From the NCBI GenBank assembly GCA_030756715.1, contig JAVBJD010000001.1, positions 5,578-69,577 of the forward strand: 64,000 nt of DNA. The letters are read 5' to 3'. Positions 28,317-37,452 of the stretch are shown here, piece by piece. Source of the stretch: Conexivisphaerales archaeon. GTDB lineage: Archaea; Thermoproteota; Nitrososphaeria; Conexivisphaerales; UBA164. Numbering within the stretch: the stretch's first letter is position 1; each line of letters begins with the position of its first letter. Under the pieces are notes generated by a model that saw nothing but the letters and a program-made list of their open reading frames with translations, had not been told where the DNA came from and did no database searches. The translations under genes were made by a program, and so were the position numbers.

Positions 28317-29509
28317 CGCCTTTCACCAGAAGCTAAAATCCTCTGCTTTATCTCGTCATTAAGCTCCAGTTCAAAAAGATCGCCCATTTGAAGGCTTTTA
28401 ACGCCGCGAGCTACCTCCCTTGCAAGCGCTTCATCGTTATCTACACCTAAGACTTTAAGAAGGAAAGAAGCCCCGTTCTTGCCTATAAGTTCGCTGAAAA
28501 CAATTTTTCTCTTTTTACCCAAGAATTCGGGGCTAACTAACTCATAAGCCATTGGGTTGTTTAAAATCGCAGCTATATGAGTTCCAGCTTTGTGTTTGTA
28601 AGCGTTTTCTCCCATTATGGGCTGGTTCGATGGTATTTTATAGTCTATGTACTCTTCAAGTATCTTGTAAACGTCGTTCAGCATCTCATACCTTACATCT
28701 AGCTTAACGCCATAAAGCACATAGAGCGCCAACACAAATTGGGAAAGATCCGTTATGCCTGTCCTTTCGCCTAGCCCTCCTATCGTAGTATGAACCTGGT
28801 CTGCCCCAGCTTCGTAACCAGCAAGCGCATTTGCCAGTGATAGACCCATATCGTTGTGACAGTGAACGTCTATCGGAACCGGAGCGACTTCTTTTACGCT
28901 TTTAACCAGCCTGTACATGCCGCTTGGTTTCATGGCTCCGACGGTATCTGGCACGCTTATCCTGTCCACGTTTGCTTCATAAAGTGACTTTGCAAAATCT
29001 CTCAAATATGTTGGATCTGCCCTGCTCGCGTCTTCGAGCGTGACCCTAACTTGTAGTCCATGAGACTTTGCATAGTCAAGAGCTGTAAGCGTTCTGTTCA
29101 GGGCTTCTTCTCTTGACACGTTTAGTTTATACTGTAAATGTATGTCAGAAACAGAATGGTACATCGCATAAAATGATGCGTCGCACCTCAACGCAACGTC
29201 TATATCTTCTTTTAGAGCTCTTCCATGCGCTACTATTGTTGCGCTGAGCTTAGCTTTTACCAACTCTTTGCATGATTCAAAATGCGAATCTGATACTATG
29301 GGGGAAATCTCTATAGCGTTAACTCCAAAATAATCCAGCATCCACCCTATCTGCAACCTCTGTCTTTTTGTAAAAGAAATGCCTGGGGCCTGTTCTCCTT
29401 CACGAAGCGTAGAATCTAAGATCTTTACTTTTTTATTAAAAAAGCCTCCGTTATATATTTGGGCAAATCCCAAACTTTCTTCTAAATCTTTTTGGTTTTC
29501 GTCCTGCAT
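28313..29509 (-). CDS. Homocitrate synthase / 2-isopropylmalate synthase family enzyme
   Basis: DSTLREGEQ and HCHNDMGL motifs. Its position inside the lysine cluster favours homocitrate synthase. Confidence 0.75.
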   Translation of the reverse strand: MQDENQKDLEESLGFAQIYNGGFFNKKVKILDSTLREGEQAPGISFTKRQRLQIGWMLDYFGVNAIEISPIVSDSHFESCKELVKAKLSATIVAHGRALKEDIDVALRCDASFYAMYHSVSDIHLQYKLNVSREEALNRTLTALDYAKSHGLQVRVTLEDASRADPTYLRDFAKSLYEANVDRISVPDTVGAMKPSGMYRLVKSVKEVAPVPIDVHCHNDMGLSLANALAGYEAGADQVHTTIGGLGERTGITDLSQFVLALYVLYGVKLDVRYEMLNDVYKILEEYIDYKIPSNQPIMGENAYKHKAGTHIAAILNNPMAYELVSPEFLGKKRKIVFSELIGKNGASFLLKVLGVDNDEALAREVARGVKSLQMGDLFELELNDEIKQRILASGERR

Positions 29510-29556
29510 AATGGGGTTATAACGCTTTACTTTATAACGTTTTTCGTGAAAAAATA

Positions 29557-29967
29557 TTAAAGTTCTCTCAGAATAATGACGGTATTAGTATTAATAACGC
29601 CGTCTGCTTTTCTAATATCGTCAATAACTTTGTTTACTTCTGCTATACTCGGAGCAGATATAAGCACGGCTATGTCGTATTGGCCTGTTATCTCGTAAAC
29701 TTTTTCGACGCCCTTTATCTTTGATATGTTAGAAGCAACTTCATAAGTAGGGATGTTGGGGGATGTTGAAAGCAAGGTTAGAGCCATGGCCCTCTCCCTT
29801 TCTTTTATTTCTATTGTGAACTTTTTTATTATCCCGTCATCCACTAACTTTTTTACCCTCCGCCTTACAGCGGCCTCTGAAAGGTTCAGCTGCTTTCCTA
29901 GATCTATGTATGAAGCTCTTCCATCTTCTTTAAGAAGTTCTAATAATTTTAGGTCTATTTCATCCAT
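29557..29967 (-). CDS. Lrp/AsnC-family regulator (LysM-like by context)
   Basis: MDEIDLKLLELLKEDGRASYIDLGKQLNLSEAAVRRRVKKL HTH followed by a RAM domain. Embedded in the lys/arg cluster. Confidence 0.85.
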   Translation of the reverse strand: MDEIDLKLLELLKEDGRASYIDLGKQLNLSEAAVRRRVKKLVDDGIIKKFTIEIKERERAMALTLLSTSPNIPTYEVASNISKIKGVEKVYEITGQYDIAVLISAPSIAEVNKVIDDIRKADGVINTNTVIILREL

Positions 29968-30002
29968 ATCATTATCTCGGCAGTTTAAGCTTAAAAAAGT
30001 TT

Positions 30003-31172
30003 CTAAACAAACCTTTTACTATCGATTTCCATAAGGCTTTTTTCGATTATTGATAGCGCATCATCAATATCCTTTTGAGTTATAATGTAAGGGGGAAGAT
30101 ACCTTAATACTGTGAGGCCCGAATAAAGAGATATCAGTCCGTTTTTAAGCTGAGCAAAGAGAACATCTTTAAACCTGATCCTTAATTCTAATGATATCAT
30201 CAGCCCCCTCCCTCTGACTTCTTTAATCGTATGGCTTTTCAGGCTTTTTAAACCATTCATAAATCTTTCGCCTTTAGCAGGTATGCTGTCTAAAAGCTTT
30301 TCAACTTCCTTTATTGTAGCCGTTCCTGCAGCTGAAGCTATGGGATTGCCGCCCATAGTGCTGCTGTGCTCTCCTACTTTTATCACGGAAGCTATGTCTT
30401 CTCTTACAGCTGTCACGCCCATTGGTATGCCGCCGCCAATTCCCTTTCCCGCCGTCATTATGTCAGGCTGTATGTTCCAGTGCTGATGAGCCCACCACTT
30501 ACCGGTTCTTCCCATTCCTGATTGTATTTCATCTATAATGAGAGGTATTCCCTTTTTTTCAGTTATTTCCCTAAGAGAAGGAAGAAAGTCGTCTGGAGGT
30601 ATTATTATACCAGATTCCCCTTGAATTGGCTCTACTATAACTCCCGCTATATCGTTAAAGTCGGCTGAACTTAGTTCGTTTATGTCTCCGTACTTAAAAA
30701 ACCTAACCGGCTCCAGCAGTGGTCCAAAGCCTTCTTTGTACTTTTCCGAGTATGTTACGGAAAGAGCGCCAAAAGTCTTCCCGTGATATGCTCCTGTAAA
30801 AGATATGAATCCTTTTTTACCAGTATATTTTCTTGCAAGCTTAAGTGCAAGCTCCACAGCTTCGGCTCCGCTGTTGCTCAGAAAAGCTCTGCTTAAAGAT
30901 TTAGGTGCTATTCTAAAAAATTCTTCTAAAAACCTTTCTCTCGCGTCATTATAAAGAGACCCATGGCATATGTCCAGTTGGTTTAGCTGATCATATATTG
31001 CCTTAATTACCGCTTGATTCTTATGCCCGAGTATTCCAACCCCAAAACCCTGCATAAAGTCAAGGTATTTTTTGCCGTTATCGTCCCACACATAAGCGCC
31101 TTCACCTTTTATCGCCTTTATTCCGTACCTTTGAAAAGTGTTAAGCATCCTTGAATCTTCTATAGTGCTCAT
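30003..31172 (-). CDS. lysJ: Class-III aminotransferase, LysJ/ArgD type
   Basis: SGAEAVE, DEIQSG and the PLP-lysine context TAGKGIGGG. Start set at ATG 31172 (MSTIEDSR), forming an ATGA overlap with the lysZ stop. The track's upstream basic extension lies inside lysZ. Confidence 0.85.
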   Translation of the reverse strand: MSTIEDSRMLNTFQRYGIKAIKGEGAYVWDDNGKKYLDFMQGFGVGILGHKNQAVIKAIYDQLNQLDICHGSLYNDARERFLEEFFRIAPKSLSRAFLSNSGAEAVELALKLARKYTGKKGFISFTGAYHGKTFGALSVTYSEKYKEGFGPLLEPVRFFKYGDINELSSADFNDIAGVIVEPIQGESGIIIPPDDFLPSLREITEKKGIPLIIDEIQSGMGRTGKWWAHQHWNIQPDIMTAGKGIGGGIPMGVTAVREDIASVIKVGEHSSTMGGNPIASAAGTATIKEVEKLLDSIPAKGERFMNGLKSLKSHTIKEVRGRGLMISLELRIRFKDVLFAQLKNGLISLYSGLTVLRYLPPYIITQKDIDDALSIIEKSLMEIDSKRFV

Positions 31173-31975
31173 CCTCTGACCACCTTTGTTCCTATGCCGT
31201 TTAATGCGCTTTCTATTGGTTTTTCTTTTTTTCCAGAAGCTATTATGCCAGAATCTACGCCTTTTTCTACCGCTTCTATGCATGCCAGTAGCTTTTTATC
31301 CATTCCCGGCCCAACTTTTTTTAACGTTTCTTTCGCTTCTTCTAAGCTAAGCTTATCTAGAACCTTTCCGTCGATGATTACCCCTTCAACGTTAGTGAAT
31401 ATAATTAATTTAGAAGCGCCCACAGAACTTGCAATCGCAGATGCCCCTCTATCTCCGTCAACGTTCAGTATTTCCCCTTCATAGCCTGAAGCTATTGGGC
31501 TGACAACAGGGATCAAACCCAAGTTTAGAAGGCTTTTTAGAAACGAGGCGTCGACTTCTTTTATTCTGCCCGTAAATCCCCCTTCTATGACCCGTTTCCT
31601 TCCTTTTTCGTCAATTATTATAAGTTTCCTTTTTCTTTCGGCTTTTATAAAAGAAGCGTCAACACCAGAAACGTTGACGGCCCTTAATCCCAAAGAGTTT
31701 AAATGAGAAGTTATTTTTGTGCCTATGTTCCTCATTGTCATGTTAAATATTTCAAGGGTTTCCAGATCTGTATACCTGCTCCTTATGCCCTCAGGCGATG
31801 TTACAAAAACAGGTTCTTTTCCAAGAGCTTTCTGAAGCTTGCTTACTTCGTTTCCTCCCCCATGAACTAGTATAAAATTTTGCAGTCCCGAACTTTTTAT
31901 GTCGTTCAAGACATTAATGTATTCTCCTTCTGAAACCAGGCTCCCTCCTATTTTGATTACTGTTATTTGACTCAT
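31169..31975 (-). CDS. lysZ: Amino-acid kinase, [LysW]-aminoadipate / acetylglutamate kinase (LysZ/ArgB)
   Basis: VIKIGGS, LVHGGG and NVDGDRGA motifs. Confidence 0.85.
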   Translation of the reverse strand: MSQITVIKIGGSLVSEGEYINVLNDIKSSGLQNFILVHGGGNEVSKLQKALGKEPVFVTSPEGIRSRYTDLETLEIFNMTMRNIGTKITSHLNSLGLRAVNVSGVDASFIKAERKRKLIIIDEKGRKRVIEGGFTGRIKEVDASFLKSLLNLGLIPVVSPIASGYEGEILNVDGDRGASAIASSVGASKLIIFTNVEGVIIDGKVLDKLSLEEAKETLKKVGPGMDKKLLACIEAVEKGVDSGIIASGKKEKPIESALNGIGTKVVRG

Positions 31976-31980
31976 TGCAT

Positions 31981-33030
31981 CTACACCGGATGTATAGCAG
32001 GAACATCAAGGCTGAGCTTTTCGTCAAAGCCAAGCATCAAGTTCATCGACTGAACGGCGCTGCCAGCTGCGCCTTTTATCAAGTTATCAATAGCCCCAAG
32101 AGCAACTATTCTGCCTGAATGAGAATCAAAATCGAAACCAACGTCCGCAAAGTTTGAACCGACCACTACTTTTGGATCAGGATACTTATAAATTCCTGTT
32201 TTATCCATCATGAACCTTACAAACGGCTCGTTTTTATAAAATTCCCTGTAAGCTCTCCATAGTTCTGGGACGGTTATTTGTTGATCAGTAATGATGTGTG
32301 ATGTGGTTAATATTCCTCTGACTATGTTTACCGCATGCGCGCTCATCCCTACTTTTACTTTTTTACCGGCTAACCTTCCTATTTCTTGTTCTATTTCAGC
32401 AGCATGTCTGTGACCAGCTGGTTTATAAGGTCTTATGACCCCGTACCTTTCTGAGTAGTGAGTTGACAATGAGGGTTTGCCGCCTGCTCCCGATGAGCCT
32501 ATCTTTGCGTCAACTATTAAAGGGATATCTGATACGTATCTGTAAAGAGGCGCGAGGCTTATTATGGATGAAGTAGCCATACAGCCCGGTGCTGACACAT
32601 AATTAGTATTTTTTAGCTCGTCTCTGTGAAGCTCAGGAAGGCCATATACGAATTTTTTTAACAAATCCGGATAAGGATGTTCGTAACTGTACCAAATCTT
32701 GTACTGTTCAGGATCTTTCAGCCTGAAGTCAGCGCTCATGTCGACTATTTTTACGCCTGATTTCATTATTTCAGGAACAACCTTTACGGAAGCTTTATGG
32801 GGCAATGCCAGGAAAACTAGGTCGGCTTTTGTCGCGGCCGTAACTGGATCCTCTCCAGTGAACCTTATGTTCAGTATTCCCTTTAGGTTTGGATGGACTT
32901 TGTGCACATACTCTCCTGCATACTGTCTTGAAGTTAACGAAGTGAGTTCTACATTTGGGTGCCTTACGAGAATTCTTACAAGTTCCCCGCCAACATACCC
33001 TGATGCTCCAACTATTGAAACCTTAACCAT
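31981..33030 (-). CDS. lysY: N-acyl-gamma-phosphate reductase (LysY/ArgC)
   Basis: VSIVGASGYVGGEL and the catalytic context SAPGCMATS. Confidence 0.9.
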   Translation of the reverse strand: MVKVSIVGASGYVGGELVRILVRHPNVELTSLTSRQYAGEYVHKVHPNLKGILNIRFTGEDPVTAATKADLVFLALPHKASVKVVPEIMKSGVKIVDMSADFRLKDPEQYKIWYSYEHPYPDLLKKFVYGLPELHRDELKNTNYVSAPGCMATSSIISLAPLYRYVSDIPLIVDAKIGSSGAGGKPSLSTHYSERYGVIRPYKPAGHRHAAEIEQEIGRLAGKKVKVGMSAHAVNIVRGILTTSHIITDQQITVPELWRAYREFYKNEPFVRFMMDKTGIYKYPDPKVVVGSNFADVGFDFDSHSGRIVALGAIDNLIKGAAGSAVQSMNLMLGFDEKLSLDVPAIHPV

Positions 33031-33887
33031 CAGTTTTTCACCAGCTCCTTAACATATGACATTATTTCTCTGGCTATATCTATCCCTGTAGCCTGGAAGG
33101 CACCGTGAAATTCCAGGTTATTGTTAAGTTCATGAATAACATAACCGTTTTCTGTCTCCATAGCGTCTACGCCGACCAGTTTTGCGTTGACCACGTTCGA
33201 AGCTTTTATCATAAGATCCTCCAGTTCACCGTCTATTTTTATCTGTTCAGCTTTTCCACCTCTCGCTATGTTGGTTCTCCAATCATCTTCTGGCTGGTAC
33301 CTGTATATCGCAGCTATTACGTGCCCATTCACTACTATTCCTCTGATATCTCTTGGAGGTCTTTTTACATATTCTTGAATATAGTAAATCTGTTGTTGAG
33401 GGTCTGTTAGCATTTCTCTGGTTTCTAAAATAGATTCTGCCTGTTCTTTGTCGTTAATTTTAGCTATCATTCTCCCCCAGCTTCCCACTATCGGTTTAAG
33501 CACTACCGGATACCCCAGCTTGTCAATAACCTTTAACGCTGATTCCATTGAAAACGCAGCGTAAGTTTTTGGAGTCGGTATGCCATTTTTAGCTAAAAGA
33601 AGGGTTGTAAGCAGTTTATTGCCACAAAGCAGTGAAGTTATGAATGAATTTATAACTGTATGACCGTAGTTTTCAAGTATAGCAGCGTAATATAAACCCC
33701 TATAATGGCTTATGGTTCTTTGCAGCACTATATCAGCTATCTGCGGATCCCTGTTCAGGTTAGTTAGCTCTTTTGGTTCGCTTTTTACGTCCAGCATGTT
33801 TATATCCAGTCCAAGTTCTTTCCCTTTCTCGAAAAGCTCTTTCTCTTCCCATCTCAGTCTGTCAAATATTATTGTTATATCTGGCAT
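33030..33887 (-). CDS. RimK-type ATP-grasp ligase, LysX/ArgX family (copy 2, adjacent to lysW)
   Basis: FDRLRWEEKE, KPIVGSWGR and PRDIRGIVVNG motifs. Confidence 0.8.
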   Translation of the reverse strand: MPDITIIFDRLRWEEKELFEKGKELGLDINMLDVKSEPKELTNLNRDPQIADIVLQRTISHYRGLYYAAILENYGHTVINSFITSLLCGNKLLTTLLLAKNGIPTPKTYAAFSMESALKVIDKLGYPVVLKPIVGSWGRMIAKINDKEQAESILETREMLTDPQQQIYYIQEYVKRPPRDIRGIVVNGHVIAAIYRYQPEDDWRTNIARGGKAEQIKIDGELEDLMIKASNVVNAKLVGVDAMETENGYVIHELNNNLEFHGAFQATGIDIAREIMSYVKELVKN

Positions 33888-33894
33888 TTGTAGC

Positions 33895-34074
33895 TTATTC
33901 TCCCCAGTCTTCTCCTATATCTTCAGCTAGCTTGAGCTCGACCTTTCCTGCTGATATTGATACTATTTCGTATTCAAGACCGCAATCGGGGCAGCTGACT
34001 ATTTCTCCAGGCAAAGCGTCGTCTGGTATTTCTATATCCGCGCCACATTCTTTACATTTTGCTTTGAGAGGCAT
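33895..34074 (-). CDS. lysW: Amino-group carrier protein LysW
   Basis: Not in the ORF track (59 aa). Own translation: MPLKAKCKECGADIEIPDDALPGEIVSCPDCGLEYEIVSISAGKVELKLAEDIGEDWGE. Has a CxxC...CxxC zinc ribbon and the canonical C-terminal EDWGE. Confidence 0.85.
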   Translation of the reverse strand: MPLKAKCKECGADIEIPDDALPGEIVSCPDCGLEYEIVSISAGKVELKLAEDIGEDWGE

Positions 34075-34075
34075 T

Positions 34076-35509
34076 TTAATACCACCCCTTATTAATCATC
34101 ATCTGATAAGTTTTTTCAATCTTTCTCTTGGATAGGTTAACAAAATCTTCGAATTCTTTAAGTTTAAGGTTTATCATGTTTATCTGTCTTATGCTTTCTT
34201 TAGGATGTGGACCTCCTGCAGTTATCTTCTTTTCGATAGAAGATACCGGGTTTATTACCTGAGTCAGTTCTTGAGCGTCTGCGTTTATTCCATTCTGTTT
34301 AAGGATTTCGATTAAAGAAGAAATAAGTTCACCCCCAGCTTCTGAGCTTTTAACGGCTTCTCCTACTATGTGATGAGCCTCCCTGAACGGAACCCCAAAC
34401 TTTAAAGATATAAACTCAGCAAGATCGCTTGCTATTACAAAAGCCTTTTTCGCGAGTTCTTCTGCTTTATTTTCATTAAACTTTATTCCTAGAACCATAC
34501 CGGACATTACTTTTAGAATAGATGATACTTCATCTATAGAAGCCCAGAGCCTTGGAGTTATTTCCTGCAGATCCAGGTTGTATGATGAATTAAGTCCTCT
34601 GACTATTTCCATTGCCCCAATCAAGTTTGATGTTAAAACCGCGCTTTTGGCCCTGACTATTTCTGCAACCACGGGGTTCCTCTTCTGAGGCATTATGCTG
34701 CTTGTAGAGACAAACTTGTCGTCTAGATCCAATATCCCTAAAGACATAAAAGATATGATGTCTGCGCTGAGTTTAGATAGATTTAGAGAAATGCTTGTGA
34801 TGCTGTACAAAGCATCAAATATAAAATCTCTTGTTGAGACCGCGTCGATGGTATTTTCAACCAATCCTGAGAAACCTAGCATGTCAGCTTCTTCATACCT
34901 GTCTACAGGAACAAGAGAACCTGCGTTAGCAGCAGAACCCATGGGACTCATATCTGTTATAGAATAAGCCAGTTTGAGGCGCTCCAGATCTCTTAGAAGA
35001 GCCCAGGCATAAGATAGCAACCAGTGAGCTCCCGTGCTTGCCTGTGCAGGTTGCAGGTGAGTGAACGTTATAAAAAATGTTTTCACGTTCTCGGAAGCTA
35101 CGTTCAGTATATTTTCTATCAGAGATTCTAATGATTCCATTACAGATAAAAGCTCTTCTTTTAGCTCAAGCCTAATAGCAGTTGCGACCTGATCGTTTCT
35201 GCTCTTTGCAAGTCCTATATGGCCAGCAACTTCTCCAATCTTCAAACTTAAATCCTGTTCTAGGCTCATATGAACGTCTTCGTACCTATAATCAAGGGGA
35301 AAACCTCCGAGCTCTTCGCTTAAAGCTTTCATTATCTTTGACATGTCTTCTTTGGATATCGCTCTTGCGTTATACAGAGCAAGGACGTGCGCCATGTTAA
35401 CATATACTACTGCCTTTTGTATTCTTTTATCAGTTTCAACAGAAGAAGTTATCTTAAGGGCCAGATCATCCATGGGTTCTAGCCTTTTTCCTCTAAGGAT
35501 GTCCGTCAT
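34076..35509 (-). CDS. argH: Argininosuccinate lyase
   Basis: Fumarate-lyase family signature region SSIMPQKRNP, with argH-typical length and layout. Confidence 0.9.
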   Translation of the reverse strand: MTDILRGKRLEPMDDLALKITSSVETDKRIQKAVVYVNMAHVLALYNARAISKEDMSKIMKALSEELGGFPLDYRYEDVHMSLEQDLSLKIGEVAGHIGLAKSRNDQVATAIRLELKEELLSVMESLESLIENILNVASENVKTFFITFTHLQPAQASTGAHWLLSYAWALLRDLERLKLAYSITDMSPMGSAANAGSLVPVDRYEEADMLGFSGLVENTIDAVSTRDFIFDALYSITSISLNLSKLSADIISFMSLGILDLDDKFVSTSSIMPQKRNPVVAEIVRAKSAVLTSNLIGAMEIVRGLNSSYNLDLQEITPRLWASIDEVSSILKVMSGMVLGIKFNENKAEELAKKAFVIASDLAEFISLKFGVPFREAHHIVGEAVKSSEAGGELISSLIEILKQNGINADAQELTQVINPVSSIEKKITAGGPHPKESIRQINMINLKLKEFEDFVNLSKRKIEKTYQMMINKGWY

Positions 35510-36692
35510 CCTGATTTACCTCTCTGTAAACCAAAGTTTGAAGCGCAAAAAGATTGATGAAGCCAACTGCCTGTTTCTGATCAAACGTCGACGCCGAAGA
35601 ATACGTTGAAAGTTCGTGTTTGTAAAGCGATCTATCAGACTTTCTGCCAACCACGCTAACGTTACCTTTGAACAGTTTTAGCCTAACTTCGCCTTCAACG
35701 CTCTTCTGAGTTTCTTCTATGAACGCTTCAAGGGCATTCCTCAAAGGATCTGCCCATAAGCCATCATATATCATGAATGACCACTGCTCTTCTATGTAAG
35801 GCTTAAACCTGAGTATGGTTTTCGGTAGAGTTAGCTTTTCCAGTTCCTGATGAGCTTCTATCAGGACAAGCGCAGCCGGCGTCTCATAAACTTCACGTGA
35901 TTTTATACCCACAACCCTATCTTCAATGTGATCTATCCTTCCCACAGCGTTTTTCCCAGCTATTTTATTCAGCAACGCGATCATCTCAGAAAGTTTCATT
36001 TTTTCTCCGTTGAGCGTTTCCGGTACGCCTTTTTTGAAACCTATCTCGAGATATTCTGGTTTATCAGGTGCTTTTTCTGGCGAAACAGTCCAAGCAAAAG
36101 CTTCTTCTGGAGGTTCAAAGAAAGGGTCTTCAAGCCTTCCGCTTTCTATAGATCTTCCCCAGAGGTTTTCGTCTATGCTGAATTCGCTTCTTGATGTCTT
36201 GTATGGTATGCCCTTGTTTAGAAGATATTTCAGCTCTTCATCTCTGCTCATGTTCCACTCCCTAACAGGAGCTATTATTTTAACCCCAGGATAAAGTGCT
36301 TTCAAAGTGACATCAAACCTTACCTGATCGTTGCCTTTACCGGTGCTCCCGTGAGCCACTGAATCGGCATTTTCTTTTTTAGCTATTTCAGCGGCCTTCT
36401 TTGCTATCAGCGGTCTTGCTAGCGACGTGCTTAAAGGATATTTCTTTTCATAAAAACCGTTTGCTTTTATAGCCTCTGAAATGTATTCATCTGCAAACTC
36501 GTCTTTGGCGTCTAAAAAGTAGTGCTTTGAAGCACCTGCTTTATACGCTCTTTCCTCTATTTCTTTGAAGTTTTCCTGCTGACCAACGTCAACAGTAACC
36601 GTTATTACTTCATTACCGTATTTTTCTTTTATCCACGCTATGCAAGTTGTTGTATCTAGACCTCCTGAATATGCTAATACTGTTTTTCCCAT
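35493..36692 (-). CDS. argG: Argininosuccinate synthase
   Basis: VLAYSGGLDTT ATP-binding motif. Start moved to ATG 36692 (MGKTVLAYSGG). Confidence 0.9.
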   Translation of the reverse strand: MGKTVLAYSGGLDTTTCIAWIKEKYGNEVITVTVDVGQQENFKEIEERAYKAGASKHYFLDAKDEFADEYISEAIKANGFYEKKYPLSTSLARPLIAKKAAEIAKKENADSVAHGSTGKGNDQVRFDVTLKALYPGVKIIAPVREWNMSRDEELKYLLNKGIPYKTSRSEFSIDENLWGRSIESGRLEDPFFEPPEEAFAWTVSPEKAPDKPEYLEIGFKKGVPETLNGEKMKLSEMIALLNKIAGKNAVGRIDHIEDRVVGIKSREVYETPAALVLIEAHQELEKLTLPKTILRFKPYIEEQWSFMIYDGLWADPLRNALEAFIEETQKSVEGEVRLKLFKGNVSVVGRKSDRSLYKHELSTYSSASTFDQKQAVGFINLFALQTLVYREVNQDDGHP

Positions 36693-36745
36693 ACAAAAAA
36701 CCAATTTGGCAAAGTTTTTATACTTTTTGGTCATTATTTATAATA

Positions 36746-37432
36746 ATGGGTAACTCAATGACCAAAAATAGTCAATCTATAACAAAAATTGTACACTCTA
36801 TAGTTTCTTCTAACATTTCTTACGAACACTCTCTATTGATGGGCTACGCTAATCTGAGCGCGCTCGCGCGCATAATTAAAAAACGCCTCGAGAAACAAGG
36901 TTACAGAGTTACTGAAGAAGCTATAGTATCTGCGTTAAAAAGGTACAGATCAGTTAAAAGATATGAAGAATTTGATGCTTTTAAGGTCCTTTCTAAGAGC
37001 AACATAACAATAATAACAGACGCTCTGAAGATTGTATTCAAAAACGAAAAAGCAAAAGAAATAATAGAAAACAGCATGAGCATATCCGATAAAATAATCC
37101 ATATTTCAAAAACTTCAAACGCTATAACGTTGGTTACATACGGCTTGTCTAAAGCAGAAGCTTTAAAGCACTTCTCTAAATACAGGTTACAGCTTCTTGA
37201 AATAAAAGACGGGCTCACGCTTATAGTTATCCACAGCCCTGAAGAAATACTCAATACCCCAGGGTGCATAGAACTGATTTACAGGTTTATAAGCTCTGCA
37301 GGGATAAACATAGAGGATACTTCAAGTACTTACACGGATACACTCATAGTTGTAAAAGATGAGGATGCCTCAAAAGCTTTTGAGGAAATATCTTTTCTTA
37401 TTAACTATTCAAAAGAAAAATTAAGAGAGTGA
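36746..37432 (+). CDS. ACT-domain protein, putative amino-acid metabolism regulator
   Basis: N-terminal HTH-like segment (GYANLSALARIIKKRL) and a C-terminal ACT-like segment (TPGCIELIYRFISSAGINIEDTSSTYTDTLIVVKDED). Divergent from argG. Start set at ATG 36746. Confidence 0.5.
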   Translation: MGNSMTKNSQSITKIVHSIVSSNISYEHSLLMGYANLSALARIIKKRLEKQGYRVTEEAIVSALKRYRSVKRYEEFDAFKVLSKSNITIITDALKIVFKNEKAKEIIENSMSISDKIIHISKTSNAITLVTYGLSKAEALKHFSKYRLQLLEIKDGLTLIVIHSPEEILNTPGCIELIYRFISSAGINIEDTSSTYTDTLIVVKDEDASKAFEEISFLINYSKEKLRE

Positions 37433-37452
37433 TTCAAAGATAAATAAGTTTC

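Noticed and set aside
31173-31283. Highly basic N-terminal extension of the aminotransferase ORF (MHRSGRKRRRFWHNSFWKKRKTNRKRIKRHRNKGGQR)
   Set aside because: It lies inside the lysZ coding region in another frame. The conserved aminotransferase sequence starts at ATG 31172, which forms an ATGA overlap with the lysZ stop.
36647-36745. Upstream part of the 36647-37432 ORF, and likewise the upstream parts of 11408-11797, 45915-46652 and 46727-47869
   Set aside because: These are hydrophobic, low-complexity translations of AT-rich promoter DNA or of the neighbouring gene's end. Internal ATG codons give proteins starting where family similarity begins.
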